A stretch of 64,000 nt of DNA. Source: Azolla caroliniana (Eukaryota; Plantae; Polypodiophyta). A program made the translations under genes and the position numbers. A model generated the notes under the pieces. It was not told the origin of the DNA. It was given only the letters and a program-made list of their open reading frames with translations, and did no database searches. This document shows positions 40,339 through 54,031 of this stretch, in pieces. The stretch spans positions 124,001 to 188,000 of the forward strand of contig JBHGNT010000021.1 in NCBI GenBank assembly GCA_043228905.1, given 5' to 3'. Position 1 is the stretch's first letter, and each line of letters starts with the position of its first letter.

Positions 40339-43300
40339 CTTGATTTTTTAAGTCCATATCATAGCTAGCGTTGTTAGCTTCGATTCGCATGTTTGAACAC
40401 AAAAATCCGATATCACACGAGCCAGGTATGAACATTTTAATTCACTCACGCGCTCTTCCAACCTCACTCCTCAAATTTGGTAATTTCATCATGTCTCTCG
40501 CCTGGAGTTTCAAAATCTTGATTTTTTAATTCCATATCATAGCTAGCGTTGTTAGCTTCGATTCGCATGTTTGAACACAAAAATCCGATATCACACGAGC
40601 TAGATATGAACATTTTTATTTACTCAAGGGCTCCTCTCAACTCCCTCCTCAAATTTGGAAATTTCGTCATGTCTCTCGACCTGAGTTTCAAAATCTTGAT
40701 TTTTTAATTCCATATCATAGCTAGCGTTGTTAGCTTCGATTCGCATGTTTGTACACGAAATTCCGATATCACACTCGCTAGGTATGAACATTTTAATTTA
40801 CTCAAGGGCTCCTCTCAACTCACTCCTCAAATTTGCTAATTTCGTCATGTCTCTCGACCTGAGTTTCAAAATCTTGATTTTTTAAGTCCATATCATAGCT
40901 AGCGTTGTTAGCTTCGATTCGCATGTTTGAACACAAAAATCCGATATCACACGAGCCAGGTATGACCATTTTAATTTACCTATTAGCTCTTCTCAACTCC
41001 CTCCTCAAATGTGGAAATTTCGTCATGTCTCTCGCCTGGAGTTTCAAAATCTTGATTTTGTAATTCCATATCATAGCTAGCGTTGTTAGCTTCGATTCGC
41101 ATGTTTGAACACAAAAATCCGATATCACACTCGCTAGGTATGAACATTTTAATTTACTCAAGGGCCCCTCTCAACTCCCCCCTCAAATTTGGTAATTTCG
41201 TCATGTCTGGCGACCTGAGTTTCAAAATCTTGATTTTTTAATTCCATATCATAGCTAGCGTTGTTAGCTTCGATTCGCATGTTTGTACACAAAAATCCGA
41301 TATCACACTCGCTAGGTAGGAACATTTTAATTTACTCAAGGGCTCCTCTCAACTCACTCCTCAAATTTGCTAATTTCGTCATGTCTCTCGACCTGAGTTT
41401 CAAAATCTTGATTTTTCAATTCCATATCATAGCTAGCGTTGTTAGCTTCGATTCGCATGTTTGTACACAAAAATCCGATATCACACTCGCTAGGTATGAC
41501 CATTTTAATTTACTCAAGGGCTCCTCTCAACTCACTCCTGAAAGTTGGTAATTTCGTCATGTCTCTCGACCTGAGTTTCAAAATCTTGATTTTTTAAGTC
41601 CATATCATAGCTAGCGTTGTTAGCTTCGATTCGCATGTTTGAACACAAAAATCCGATATCACACGAGCCAGGTATGAACATTTTAATTCACTCACGCGCT
41701 CTTCCAACCTCACTCCTCAAATTTGGTAATTTCGTCATGTCTCTCGCCTGGAGTTCCAAAATCTTGATTTTGTAATTCCATATCATAGCTAGCGTTGTTA
41801 GCTTCGATTCGCATGTTTGAACACAAAAATCCGATATCACACGAGCTAGGTATGAACATTTTTATTTACTCAAGGGCTCCTCTCAACTCACTCCTCAAAT
41901 TTGCTAATTTCGTCATGTCTCTCGACCTGAGTTTCAAAATCTTGATTATTCAATTCCATATCATAGCTAGCGTTGTTAGCTTCGATTCGCATGTTTGTAC
42001 ACAAAATTCCGATATCACACTCACTAGGTATGAACATTTTAATTTACTCAAGGGCTTCTCTCAACTCACTCCTCAAATTTGCTAATTTCGTCATGTCTCT
42101 CAACCGGAGTTTCAAAATCTTGATTTTTCAATTCCATATCATAGCTAGCGTTGTTAGCTTCAATTCGCATGTTTGTACACAAAAATCCGATATCACACTC
42201 GCTAGGTATGACCATTTTAATTTACTCAAGGGCTCCTCTCAACTCACTCCTCAAATTTGCTAATTTCGTCATGTCTCTCGACCTGAGTTTCAAAATCTTG
42301 CTTTTTTAATTCCATATCATAGCTAGCGTTGTTAGGTTCGATTCGCATGTTTGAACACAAAAATCCGATATCACACTCGCTAGGTATGAACATTTTAATC
42401 TACTCAAGGGCTCCTCTCAACTCCCTCGTCAAATTTGGTAATTTCGTCATGTCTCTCGACCTGAGTTTCAAAATCTTGATTTTTTTATTCCATATCATAG
42501 CTAGCGTTGTTAGCTTCGATTCGCATGTTTGAACACAAAAATCCGATATCACACGAACCAGGTATGAACATTGTAATTCACTCACACGCTCTTCCAACCT
42601 CACTCCTCATATTTGGTAATTTCGTCATGTCTCTCGACTTGAGTTTCAATATCTTGATTTTTTTATTCCATATCATAGCTAGCGTTGTTAGCTTCGATTC
42701 GCATGTTTGAACACAAAAATCCGATATCACACGAACCAGGTATGAACATTGTAATTCACTCACACGCTCTTCCAACCTCACTCCTCAAATTTGGTAATTT
42801 CGTCATGTCTCTCGACTTGAGTTTCAATATCTTGATTTTTTAATTCCATATCATAGCTAGCATTGTTAGCTTCGATTCGCATGTTTGTACACAAAAATCC
42901 AATATCACACTCGCTAGGTATGAACATTTTAATTTACTCAAGGGCTCCTCTCAACTCACTCCTCAAATTTGCTAATTTCGTCATGTCTCTCGACCTAAGT
43001 TTCAAAATCTTGATTTTTTAATTCCATATCATAGCTAGCGTTGTTAGCTTCGATTCGCATGTTTGAACACAAAAATCCGATATCACACTCGCCAGGAATG
43101 AACATTGTAATTTACTCAAGGGCTCCTCTCAACTCACTCCTCAAATTTGCTAATTTCGTCATGTCTCTCGACCTGAGTTTCAAAATCTTGATTTTTTAAT
43201 TCCATATCATAGCTAGCGTTGTTAGCTTCGATTCGCATATTTGTACACAAAAATCCGATATCACACTCGCTAGGTATGAACATTTTAATTTACTGAAGGG

Positions 43301-43347
43301 CTCCTCTCAACTCACTCCTCAACTTTGCTAATTTCGTCATGTCTCTC
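40339..43347 (+). repeat. Satellite family A' block (~17 monomers of 178 bp) isolated between C and B'
   Basis: A-type monomers resume after CGCCCTGAGTTTCAAAAT at 40338. They carry private variants (TTGGAAATTT, GTCTGGCGAC, ACGAACCAGG) not noticed in the main A array. Confidence 0.95.
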
Positions 43348-46300
43348 ATATCATAGCTAAATTAGTTACCTTCGATTCGCATTTTTAAACCCAGAAATCC
43401 GATATCACAGGAGCCATCTATGAACATTTTCATTCATTGAGGAGCTCTTTTCTACGCCTTCCTCAAATTTGCTTTTTTATTCATTTCTGTCCACCTTAGT
43501 TTCAAAATCATGATTTTTCAATTCCATATCATGGCTAGTTTCGTATCCCTGAATTCGCATGTTTAAACCCAAACATCGGATATGACACGAGCCATCTATA
43601 ATCATTTTGATTCATTGACGAGCTCTTGTGTACGCCTTCCTCAAATTTGCTTTTTTGTTCACGTCTCTCGACCTAAGTTTCAAAATGATTATTTTTCAAA
43701 TCAAATATCATAGCTAGATTCGTTACCTTCGATTCGAGTGTTTAAACCCAAAAAATCCGATATCACATGAGCCATCTCTGAACATTTTCATTCCTTCGAT
43801 TCGCCAGTTTAAACCCAAAAATCCGATATCACACGAGCCATGTATGAACATTTTCATTAATTGAGGAGGTCATAGCTAGATTCGTTACCTTCGATTCGAA
43901 TGTTTAAAAGTTTCTAAATTATGATTTTCAAGTTCCATATCAGAGCTAGATTCATTACCTTCGATTCGGATTTTTAAACCCAAAAATTCGATATCACACG
44001 AGCCATCTATGAACATTTTCATTCATTGAGGAGCACTTGTCTACCCCTTCCTCAAATTTGCTTTTTTGTTCATGTCTCTCGACCTGAGTTCCGAAATCAT
44101 GATTTTTCAATTCCATCTCATAGCTAGATTCGTTACCTTCGATTCGCATGTTTAAACCCAAAAATCCGATATCACACGAGCCATCTATGAACATTTTTAT
44201 TCATTGAGGAGCTCATGTCTACGCCTTCCTCAAATTTGCTTTTGTGTTCATGTATTTCTGTCTCAGTTTCCAAATCATGATTTTTGAACTCCATATCATA
44301 CCTAGATTGGTTACCTTCGATAGGCATGTTTAAACCCAAACATCCGATATCACACGAACCATCTATGAACATTTTCAATCATTGAGGAGCTATTGTCTAC
44401 GCCTTCCTCAAATTTGCTTTTTTGTTCATGTCTCTCAACCTGAGTTTCGAAATCATGATTTTTCAATTCCATATCATAGCTAGATTCGTTACTTCGATTC
44501 GCATTTTTAGACCCAAAAATCGGATATCACAAGAGTCATCTATGAACATTTTCATTCATTGAGGAACCCTTGTCTACGCCTTCCTCAAATTTGCTTTTTT
44601 ATTCATTTCTGTCCACCTTAGTTACAAAATCATCATTTTTCAATTCCATATCATGGCTAGTTTCGTTACCTTCTATTCGCATGTTTAAACCCAAACATCG
44701 GATATCACACGAGCCATCTATGAACATTTTGATTCATTGACGAGCTCTTGACTACGCCTTCCTAAAATTTGCTTTTTTGTTCATGTCTCTCGACCTGAGT
44801 TTCAAAATCATGATTTTTGAATTCCATATCATAGCTAGATACGTTACCTTCGATTCTCAAGTTTAAACACGAAAATACGATATTACACGAGCCATCGATG
44901 AACATTTTCATTCATTGACAAGCTCTTGTGTACGCCTTCCTCAAATTTGCTTTTTTGTTCATGTCTTTCGGTCTTAGTTTCCAAATCATGATTTTTGAAT
45001 TCCATATCATACCTAGATTTATTACCTTCGATTCGCATGTTTAAACCAAACATCCGATATCACACGAACCATCTATGAACATTTTCAATCATTGAGGAGC
45101 TATTGTCTACGCCTTCCTCAAATTTGCTTTTTTGTTCATGTCTCTCAACCTGAGTTTCGAAATCACGATTTTTCAATTCTATATTATACATAGATTCGTT
45201 ACCTTCGATTCGTGTGTTTAAACACGAAAATACGATATCACACAAGCCATCTATGAACATTATCATCCATTGAGGAGCTCTTCTCTACGCCTTCCTCAAA
45301 TTTGCTTTTTTCTTCATGTCTCTCAACAACAGTTTCAAAATCATGATTTTTGAATTCCATATCATACCTAGATCGGTTACCTTCGATTCGCATGATTAAA
45401 CCCAAACATCCGATATCACACGAGCCATCTATGAACATTTTCATTCATTGAGGAGCTCTTGTCTAAGCCTTCCTCAAATTTGCTTCATTGTTCATGTCTC
45501 TCGACCTGAGTTTCAAAATCATGATTTTTCAATTCCATATCATAGCTAGATTCGTTATCTTCGATTCGCATGTCTAAACCCAAAAGTCCGCTAGCACACG
45601 AGCCATCAATGAACATTTTCATTCATTGAGGAGCTCTTTTCTACGCCTTCCTCAAATTTGCTTTTTGATTCATTTCTCTCCACCAAAGTTTCAAAATCAT
45701 GATTTCTCTATTCTATATCATACCTAGATTCGTTTCCTTCGATTCGCATGTCTAAACCCAAAAGTCCGCTATCACACGAGCCATCTATGAACATTTTCAT
45801 TCATTGAGGAACTCTTGTCTACGCCTTCCTTAAATTTGCTTTTTTCTTCATGTCTATCGACCTGAGTTTCAAAATCAAAATTTTCAATTCCATATCATAC
45901 CTAGATTCGTTACCTTCGATTCGCATGTTTAAACCCAAAAATCCGATATCACACGAGCCATCTATGAACATTTTCATTCATTGACGAGCTCTTGTCTACG
46001 CCTTCCTAAAATTTGCTTTTTTGTTCATGTCTCTCGACCTGAGTTTCAAAATCATTATTTTTCAATTCCATATCATACATAGATTCGTTACCTTCGATTC
46101 GTGTGTTTACACACGAAAATACGATATCACACGAGCCATCTATGAACATTTTCATTCATTGAGGAGCTCTTGTCTACGCCTTCCTCAAATTTGCTTTTTT
46201 GTTCATGTCTCTCGATCTGAGTTTCGTAATCATGATTTTTCAATTCCATGTCTTAGCTAGATTCGTTACCTTCGATTCGCATGTTTAAACCCAAAAATTT

Positions 46301-49175
46301 GATTCACACGAGCCATCTATGAACATAATCCGATATCACACAAGCCATCTATGAACATTTTCATTCATTGAGGAGCTCTTGTCTACGCCTTCCTCAAATT
46401 TGCTTTCTTGTTCATGTCTCTTGACCTGAGTTTTAAAATCATTATTTTTCAATTCCATATCATACCTAGATTCGTTACCTTCGATTCGCATGTTTAATCA
46501 CGAAAATCCGATATCACACGAGCCATCTATGAACATTTTCATTCATTGAGGAGCTCTTGACTACGCCTTCCTCAAATTTGCTTCTTTGTTCATGTCTCTG
46601 GACCTGAGTTTTGAAATCATGATTTTTCAATTCCATATCATACTAAGATTCGTTTCCTTCGATTCGCATGTTTAATCCTAAACATCCGATATCACACGAG
46701 CCATCTATGAACATTTTCATTTATTGAGGAGCTCTTCTCTAGGCCTTCCTCAAATTTGCTTTTTTGTTCATGTCTCTCGACCTGATTTTCAAAATTATTA
46801 TGTCTCAATTCCATATCATAGCTAGAGTCGTTACCTTCGATTCGCATGTTTAAACCCAAAAATCCGATATCACACGAGCCATCTATGAACATTTTGATTC
46901 ATTGACGAGCTCTTGTCTACGCCTTCCTCAAATTTGCTTTTTTATTCATTTCTCTCCACCTGAGAGTCAAAATCATGATTTTTAAATTCTATATCATATC
47001 TAAGTTCGTTACCTTCTATTTGCATGTTTAAACCCAAATATCTGATATCACACGAGCCATTTATGAACATTTTCATTCACTGAGGAGCTCTTGTCTACGC
47101 CTTCCTCAAATTTTCTTTTTTTTTCATGTGTCTCGACCTGAGTTTCAAAATCATTATTTTTCAATTCCACGTCATAGCTAGATTCTTTACCTTCGATTCG
47201 CAAGTTTAAACACGAAAAATCCGATATCACACGAGCCAGCTATGAACATTTTCATTCATTGAGGAGCTCTTGTCTCCGCCTTCCTCAAATTTTCTTTTTT
47301 GTTCATGTCTCTCGACCTGAGTTTTGAAATCATCATTTTTCAATTCCATAACATAGGTAGATTCATTACCTTCGATTCGCAAGTTTGAACACGAAAATAC
47401 GATATCACACGAGCCATCTATGAACATTTACATTCATTGAGGAGCTCTTGTCTACGCCTTCCTCAATTTTGTTTTTTTGTTCATGTCTCTTGGTCTCAGT
47501 TTCCAAATCATGATTTTTCAATTCCATATCATGGCTAGTATCGTTACCTTCGATTTGCATGTTTAAACCCAAACATCGGATATCACACGAGCCATCTATG
47601 AACATTTTGATTCATTGAGGAGCTCTTGTCTAAGCCTTCCTCAAATTTGCTTTTTTGTTCATGTCTCTCGACCTGAGTTTCGAAATCATCATTTTTCAAA
47701 TTCATATCATAGCTAGGTTCGTTACCTTCGATTCGAGTGTTTAAACTCAAAAATCTGATATCACACGAGCCATTTATGAACATTTTCATTCATTGAGGAG
47801 CTCTTGTCTACGCCTTCCTCAAATTTGCTTTTTTGTTTATGTCTCTCGACCTGAGTTATGAAATCATCATTTTTCAATTCCATATCATAGGTAGATTCGT
47901 TACCTTCGATTCGCAAGTTTAAACACGAAAATACGATATCACACGGGCCATCTATGAACATTTTCATTCATTGAGGAGCTCTTGTCTACGCCTTCCTCAA
48001 ATTTGTTTTTTTAGTCATTTTTGTCCACCTTAGTTTCAAAATCATGATTTTTCAATTCCATATCATGGCTAGTTTCATTTCCTTCGATTCGCATGTTTAA
48101 ACCCAAACATCAGATATCACACGAGCCATCTATGAACATTTTGATTCATTGACGAGCTCTTGTCTACGCCTTCCTAAATTTTGCTTTTTTGTTTATGTCT
48201 CCCGACCTGAGTTTCAAAATCATCATTTTTCAATTCCATGTCATACCTTGATTCGTTACCTTCGATTCGAATGTTTAAACTCAAAAATTCGATATCACAC
48301 GAGCCAGCTATGAACATTTTCATTCATTGAGGAGCTCTTGTCTACGCCTTCCTGAAATTTGTTTTTTTGTTCATGTCTCTCGACCTGAGTTTCAAAATCA
48401 TCATTTTTCAAATCCATATCATAGCTAGATTCGTTACCTTCGATTCGAATGTTTAAACTCAAAAATCCGATATCACACGAGCCATCTATGAACATTTTTA
48501 TTCATTGACGAGCTCTTGTCTAGGCCTTCCTCAAATTTGCTTTTTTATTCATTTTTGTCCACCTTAGTTTCAAAATCATGATTTTTCAATTGCATATCAT
48601 GGCTAGTTTCGTTTCCCTGAATTCGCATGTTTAAACCCAAACATCGGATATCACACGAGCCATCTATAAACATTTTGATTCATTGACGAGCTCTTGTCTA
48701 CGCCTTCCTCAAATTTGCTTTTTTGTTCATGTCTCTCGACCTGAGTTTCAAAATGATTATTTTTCAAATCAAATATCATAGCTAGATTCGTTACCTTCGA
48801 TTCGAGTGTTTAAACCCAAAAAATCCGATATCACACGAGCCATCTCTGAACATTTTCATTCCTTCGATTCGCCAGTTTAAACCCAAAAATCCGATATCGC
48901 ACAAGCCATCTATGAACATTTTCATTAATTGAGGAGCTCATAGCTAGATTCGTTACCTTCGATTCGCATGTTTAAAAGTTTCTAAATCATGATTTCCCAA
49001 TTCCATATCAGAGCTAGATTCGTTACCTCCGATTCGGATTTTTAAACCCAAAAATCCGATATCACACGAGCCATCTATGAACATTTTCATTCATTGAGGA
49101 GCACTTGTCTACCCATTCCTCAAATATTCCTTTTTCTTCATGTCTCTCGACCTGAGTTCCAAAATCATGATTTGT
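43348..49175 (+). repeat. Satellite family B' (copy 2)
   Basis: Same A/B junction GTCTCTC|ATATCATAGCTAA as at 29177. ORFs are paralogous to copy 1 at offsets 14170 and 12025. Confidence 0.96.
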
Positions 49176-50935
49176 CAATGACATATCATAGATTGCTTCG
49201 TTAGCTTCGATTCGCATGTTTGAACACAAAAATCCGATATCACATGAGCCAAGTATGAACATTTTCATTTACTCACGTGCTTGTGTCTACGCCCTCCTCA
49301 AGTGTGGCACAAATTTGCTTTTTTGTTCACGTCTCTCGCCCTTAGTTTCAAACTCATGATTTTTCAATGCCATATCATAGACTGCTTCGTTATCTTCGAT
49401 TCGCATGTTTGAACATAAACATCCGATATCACAGGAACCAGCAATGAACAATTTCATTTAGTCACGCGCTCTTCTCTACGCCCTCCTCAAGTGTGCCACA
49501 ACTTTGCCTTTTTCTTCATGTCTCTCGCCTTGAGTTTCAAAATCGTGACTTTTCAAATCCATATCATAGACTACTTCTTTAGCTTCGACTCCCATGTTTG
49601 AACACAAAAATCTGATATCACACAAGCTAGGTATAGACATTTTCATTTATTCATGTGCTCTTGTCGATGCCCTCCTCAAGTGTGGCACAACTTTACCTTT
49701 TTCTTCATGTCTCTCGCCCTGAGCTTCAAAATAATGATTTTGCAATTCCATATCATAGACTACTTCCTTATCTTCAATTCGATTGTTTGAAGGAAAATCC
49801 AACCTCACACAAGCAAGCTATGAACATTTTCATTTACTCGCGCGCTATTGTGTACGCCGTCCTCAAGTGTGGGACAACCATTCTTTTGTCTTCATATCCC
49901 TCGCCCTGAGTTTCAAAATAATGATTTCTCAATGCCATATCATAGACTGCTTTGTTAGCTTCCATTCGCATGTTTGAACACAAAAACTCCAATATCACAA
50001 GAGCCAGCTATGAACATTTTCATTTACTCACGCGCTCTTATCTACGCCCTCCTCAAGTGTACCACAACTTTGCCTTTTTCTTCATGTCTCTTGCCCTAAG
50101 TTTCAAAATCGTGACTTTTCAATGCCATATCATAGACTACTTCGTTAGCTTCGATTTACATGTTTGAACACAAAAAGCTAATATCACACGACCCAGGTAT
50201 GAACATTTTCATTTACTCACGCGCTCTTGTCTACGTCCTCCTCAAGTGTGGCACAACTTTTCCTTTTTCTTCATGTCTCTCACCCTGAGTTTCAAAATCA
50301 TGATTTGTCAATGCCATATCATAGATTGCTTCATTAGCTTCGATTCGCATGTTTGAACACAAAAATCCGATATCACATGAGCCAGGTATGAACATTTTCA
50401 TTTACTCACGTGCTCGTGTCTACGCCCTCCTCAAGTGTGGCACAACTTTGCTTCTTTCTTCATGTCTCTCGCCCTGAGATTCAAAATCATTCTTTTTCAA
50501 TTCCGTATCATAGACTTCTTCGTTATCTTCAATCTGCATTTTTGAACACAAAATTCCGATATCATACGAGCCAACTATGAACATTTTTATTTACTCACGC
50601 GCTCTTGTCTACGCCCTCCTAGAGTGTGCCACAACTTTACTTTTTTCTTCACCTGAATTTTAAAATCGTGGATTTTAAATTCCATATCATAGATTGTTTC
50701 CTTAGCTTCAATTCGATTGTCTGAACAGAAAAATCCAATATCACACGAGCTAGTTATGAACATTCTCATTTACTCGCACGCTCTTGTCTACGCCCTCCTC
50801 AAGTGCGGCACAACTTTGCTTTTTTCTTCATGTCTCTCGCCCTGAGTTTCAAAATCATGATTTTTCAATGCCATATCATAGACTGCTTCGTTCGCTTCGA
50901 TTCACATGTTTGAACATAAAAATCCGATATCACAA

Positions 50936-51045
50936 ATCACCAAGGAATACAATGACACATATATTTAAGAACAATCAATATTGAACTAACCAAACAGGGG
51001 TTTGACGGCACAGCACTCAACCATTTGGACATGTAGTTGATATTG
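50936..51045. other. ~110-bp non-satellite insert (copy 2)
   Basis: Identical by eye to 38911-39020 (offset 12025). Confidence 0.9.
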
Positions 51046-53921
51046 CAAAATAGTGATTCTTCAATTCCATATCATAGACTACTTTGTTAGCTTCGATTCG
51101 CATGTTTGAACACAAAAATCCGATATTACAATAGGCAGCTATGAACATTTTCTTTTACTCACGGGCTCTGGTCTACTCCCTCCTCAAATGTGGCACAACT
51201 TTGCTTTTTTCTTCACCTAAATTCTAAAATTGTGTTTTTTCAATTCCATATCATAGGATGCTTTGTTAGCTTCGATTCGCAATTTTGAACACAAAAATCT
51301 GATATCACACAAGCAAGCTATGAACATTTTCATTTACTCACGCGATCTTGTCTACGCCCTCCTCAAGTGTGGCACAACTATAATTTTTTCTTCATGTCTC
51401 TCGCCCTCAGTTTCAAAATCATGATTTCTCAATGCCATATCATAGAATGCTTTGTTAGCTTCGATTTGCATGTTTGAACACAAATATCCGATATCACACG
51501 AGCCAGGTATGAACATTTTCATTTACTCACGCGCTCTTGTCTACGCCCTCCTCAAGTGTGGCACAGCATTGCAATTTTCTTCATGTCTTTCGCCCTAAGT
51601 TTCCAAAACATGATTTTTCAATACCATATCATAGATTACTTTGTTAGCTTCGATTTGCATATTTGAACACAAAATTCCGATATCACACGAACCAGCTATG
51701 AACATTTTCATTCACTCACACGCTTCTGTCTACGGCCTCCTCAAGTGTGGCACAAATTTGCTTTTTTCTCCATGTCTCTCACCCTTAATTTCAAACTCGT
51801 GATTTTTCAATGCCATATCATAGACTGCTTCGTTATCTTCGATTCGCATGTTTGAACATAAACATCCGATATCACAGGAACCAGCAATGAACAATTTCAT
51901 TTAGTCACGCGCTCTTCTCTACGCCCTCCTCAAGTGTGCCACAACTTTGCCTTTTTCTTCATGTCTCTCGCCTTGAGTTTCAAAATCGTGACTTTTCAAA
52001 TCCATATCATAGATTGCTTCTTTAGCTTCGACTCCCATGTTTGAACACAAAAATCTAATATCACACAAGCTAGGTATAGACATTTTCATTTATTCATGTG
52101 CTCTTGTCGATGCCCTCCTCAAGTGTGGCACAACTTTGCCTTTTTCTTCATGTCTCTCGCCCTGAGCTTCAAAATAATTATTTGGCAATTCCATATCATA
52201 GATTGCTTCCTTATCTTCAATTCGATTGTTTGAAGGAAAATTCCAACCTCACACAAGCTAGCTATGAAAAATTTCATTTACTCGCGCGCTCTTGTGTACG
52301 TCGTCCTCAAGTGTGGCACAACCATTCTGTTGTCTTCATATCCCTCGCCCTGAGTTTCAAAATAATGGTTTCTCAATGCCATATCATAGATTGCTTCGTA
52401 AGCTTCCATTCGCATGTTTGAACACAAAAACTCCGATATCACAAGAGCCACCTATGAACATTTTCATTTACTCACGCGCTCTTATCTACGCCCTCCTCAA
52501 GTGTACCACAACTTTGCCTTTTTCTTCATGTCTCTTGACATGAGTTTCAAAATCGTGACTTTTCAATGCCATATCATAGACTGCTTCATTAGCTTCGATT
52601 TACATGTTTGAACAGAAAAATCTAATATCACACGACCCAGGTATGAACATTTTCATTTACTCGCGTGCTCTTGTCTACACCCTCCTCAAGTGTGGCACAA
52701 CTTTGCCTTTTTCTTCATGTCTCTCTCGATGAGTTTCAAAACCATGATTTTTCAATGCCATATCATAGAATGCTTCGTTACCTATGATTCGCATGTTTGA
52801 ACACAACATTCCGATATCACATGAGCCAGGTATGAACATTTTCATTTACTCACGTGCTCGTGTCTACGCCCTCCTCAAGTGTGGCACAACTTTGCTTTTT
52901 TCTTCATGTCTCTCGCCCTGAGATTTAACATTATGTTTTTTCAATTTCGCATCATAGACTTCTTCGTTATCTTGAATCTGCATTTTTGAACACAAAAATC
53001 CGATATCATACGAGACAACTATGAACATTTTCATTTACTCATGCGCTCTTGTCTACGCCCTGCTATAGTGTGGCACGACTTTACTTTTTTCTTCACCTAA
53101 ATTTTAAAATCGTGGTTTTTCAATTCCATCTCATAAACATCTTCCTTAGGTTCGATTCGATTGTTTGAACACAAAAATCCAATATCACACGAGCCAGTTA
53201 TGAACATTCTCATTTACTCGCACGGTCTTCTCTACGCCCTCCTCAAGTGTGGCATAACTTTGCTTTTTTCTTCATGTCTCTCGCCCTAAGTTTCAAAATC
53301 ATGATTTTTCAATGCCATATCATAGTCAGCTTCATTAGCTTCGATTCGCATGTTTGAACACAAAAATCTGATATCACAAGGGCCAGCTATGAACATTTTC
53401 ATTTACTCACGTGCTCTTGTCTATGCCCTCCTCAAGTGTGGCACAAGTTTTCTTTTTTCTTCATGTCTCTCACCCTGAGATTCAAAATCATGATTTTTCA
53501 CTTTTGTATCATAGACTATTTCATTATCTTCAATCTACATGTTTGAATACAAACATCTGATATCACAGGAGCCAACTATGAACATTTTTATTTACTCACG
53601 CTCTCTTGCCTACGCCCTCCTCAAGTGTGGCACAACTTTTCTTTTTTCTTCACCTGAATTTTAAAATAGTCGTTTTTCAATTCCATATCATAGACTGCTT
53701 CCTTAGCTTCGATTCGATTGTTTGAACACAAAAATCCAATATCACACGAGCCAAGTATGAACATTCTCATTTACTCACGCGCTCTTGTCTACGCCCCGCT
53801 CAAGTGTGGCACAACTATGCTTTATTCTTCATGTCTCGCCGTAAGTTTCAAAATCATGATTTTTCAATGCCATTCGTTCGCTTCGATTCACGTGTTTGAA
53901 CACAAAAATGTAATAGCATAG

Positions 53922-54031
53922 ATCACCAAGGAATACAATGACACATACATTTGAGAATGATAAGTACTGAACCAACAAAAAAGGGATTTGAGGGCACAAC
54001 ACTGAACCATTTGGACATGTAGTCGATATTG
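53922..54031. other. ~110-bp non-satellite insert (diverged copy 3)
   Basis: ATCACCAAGGAATACAATGACACATACATTTGAG...GGACATGTAGTCGATATTG has the same length and monomer position as copies 1 and 2, with many substitutions. Confidence 0.88.
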
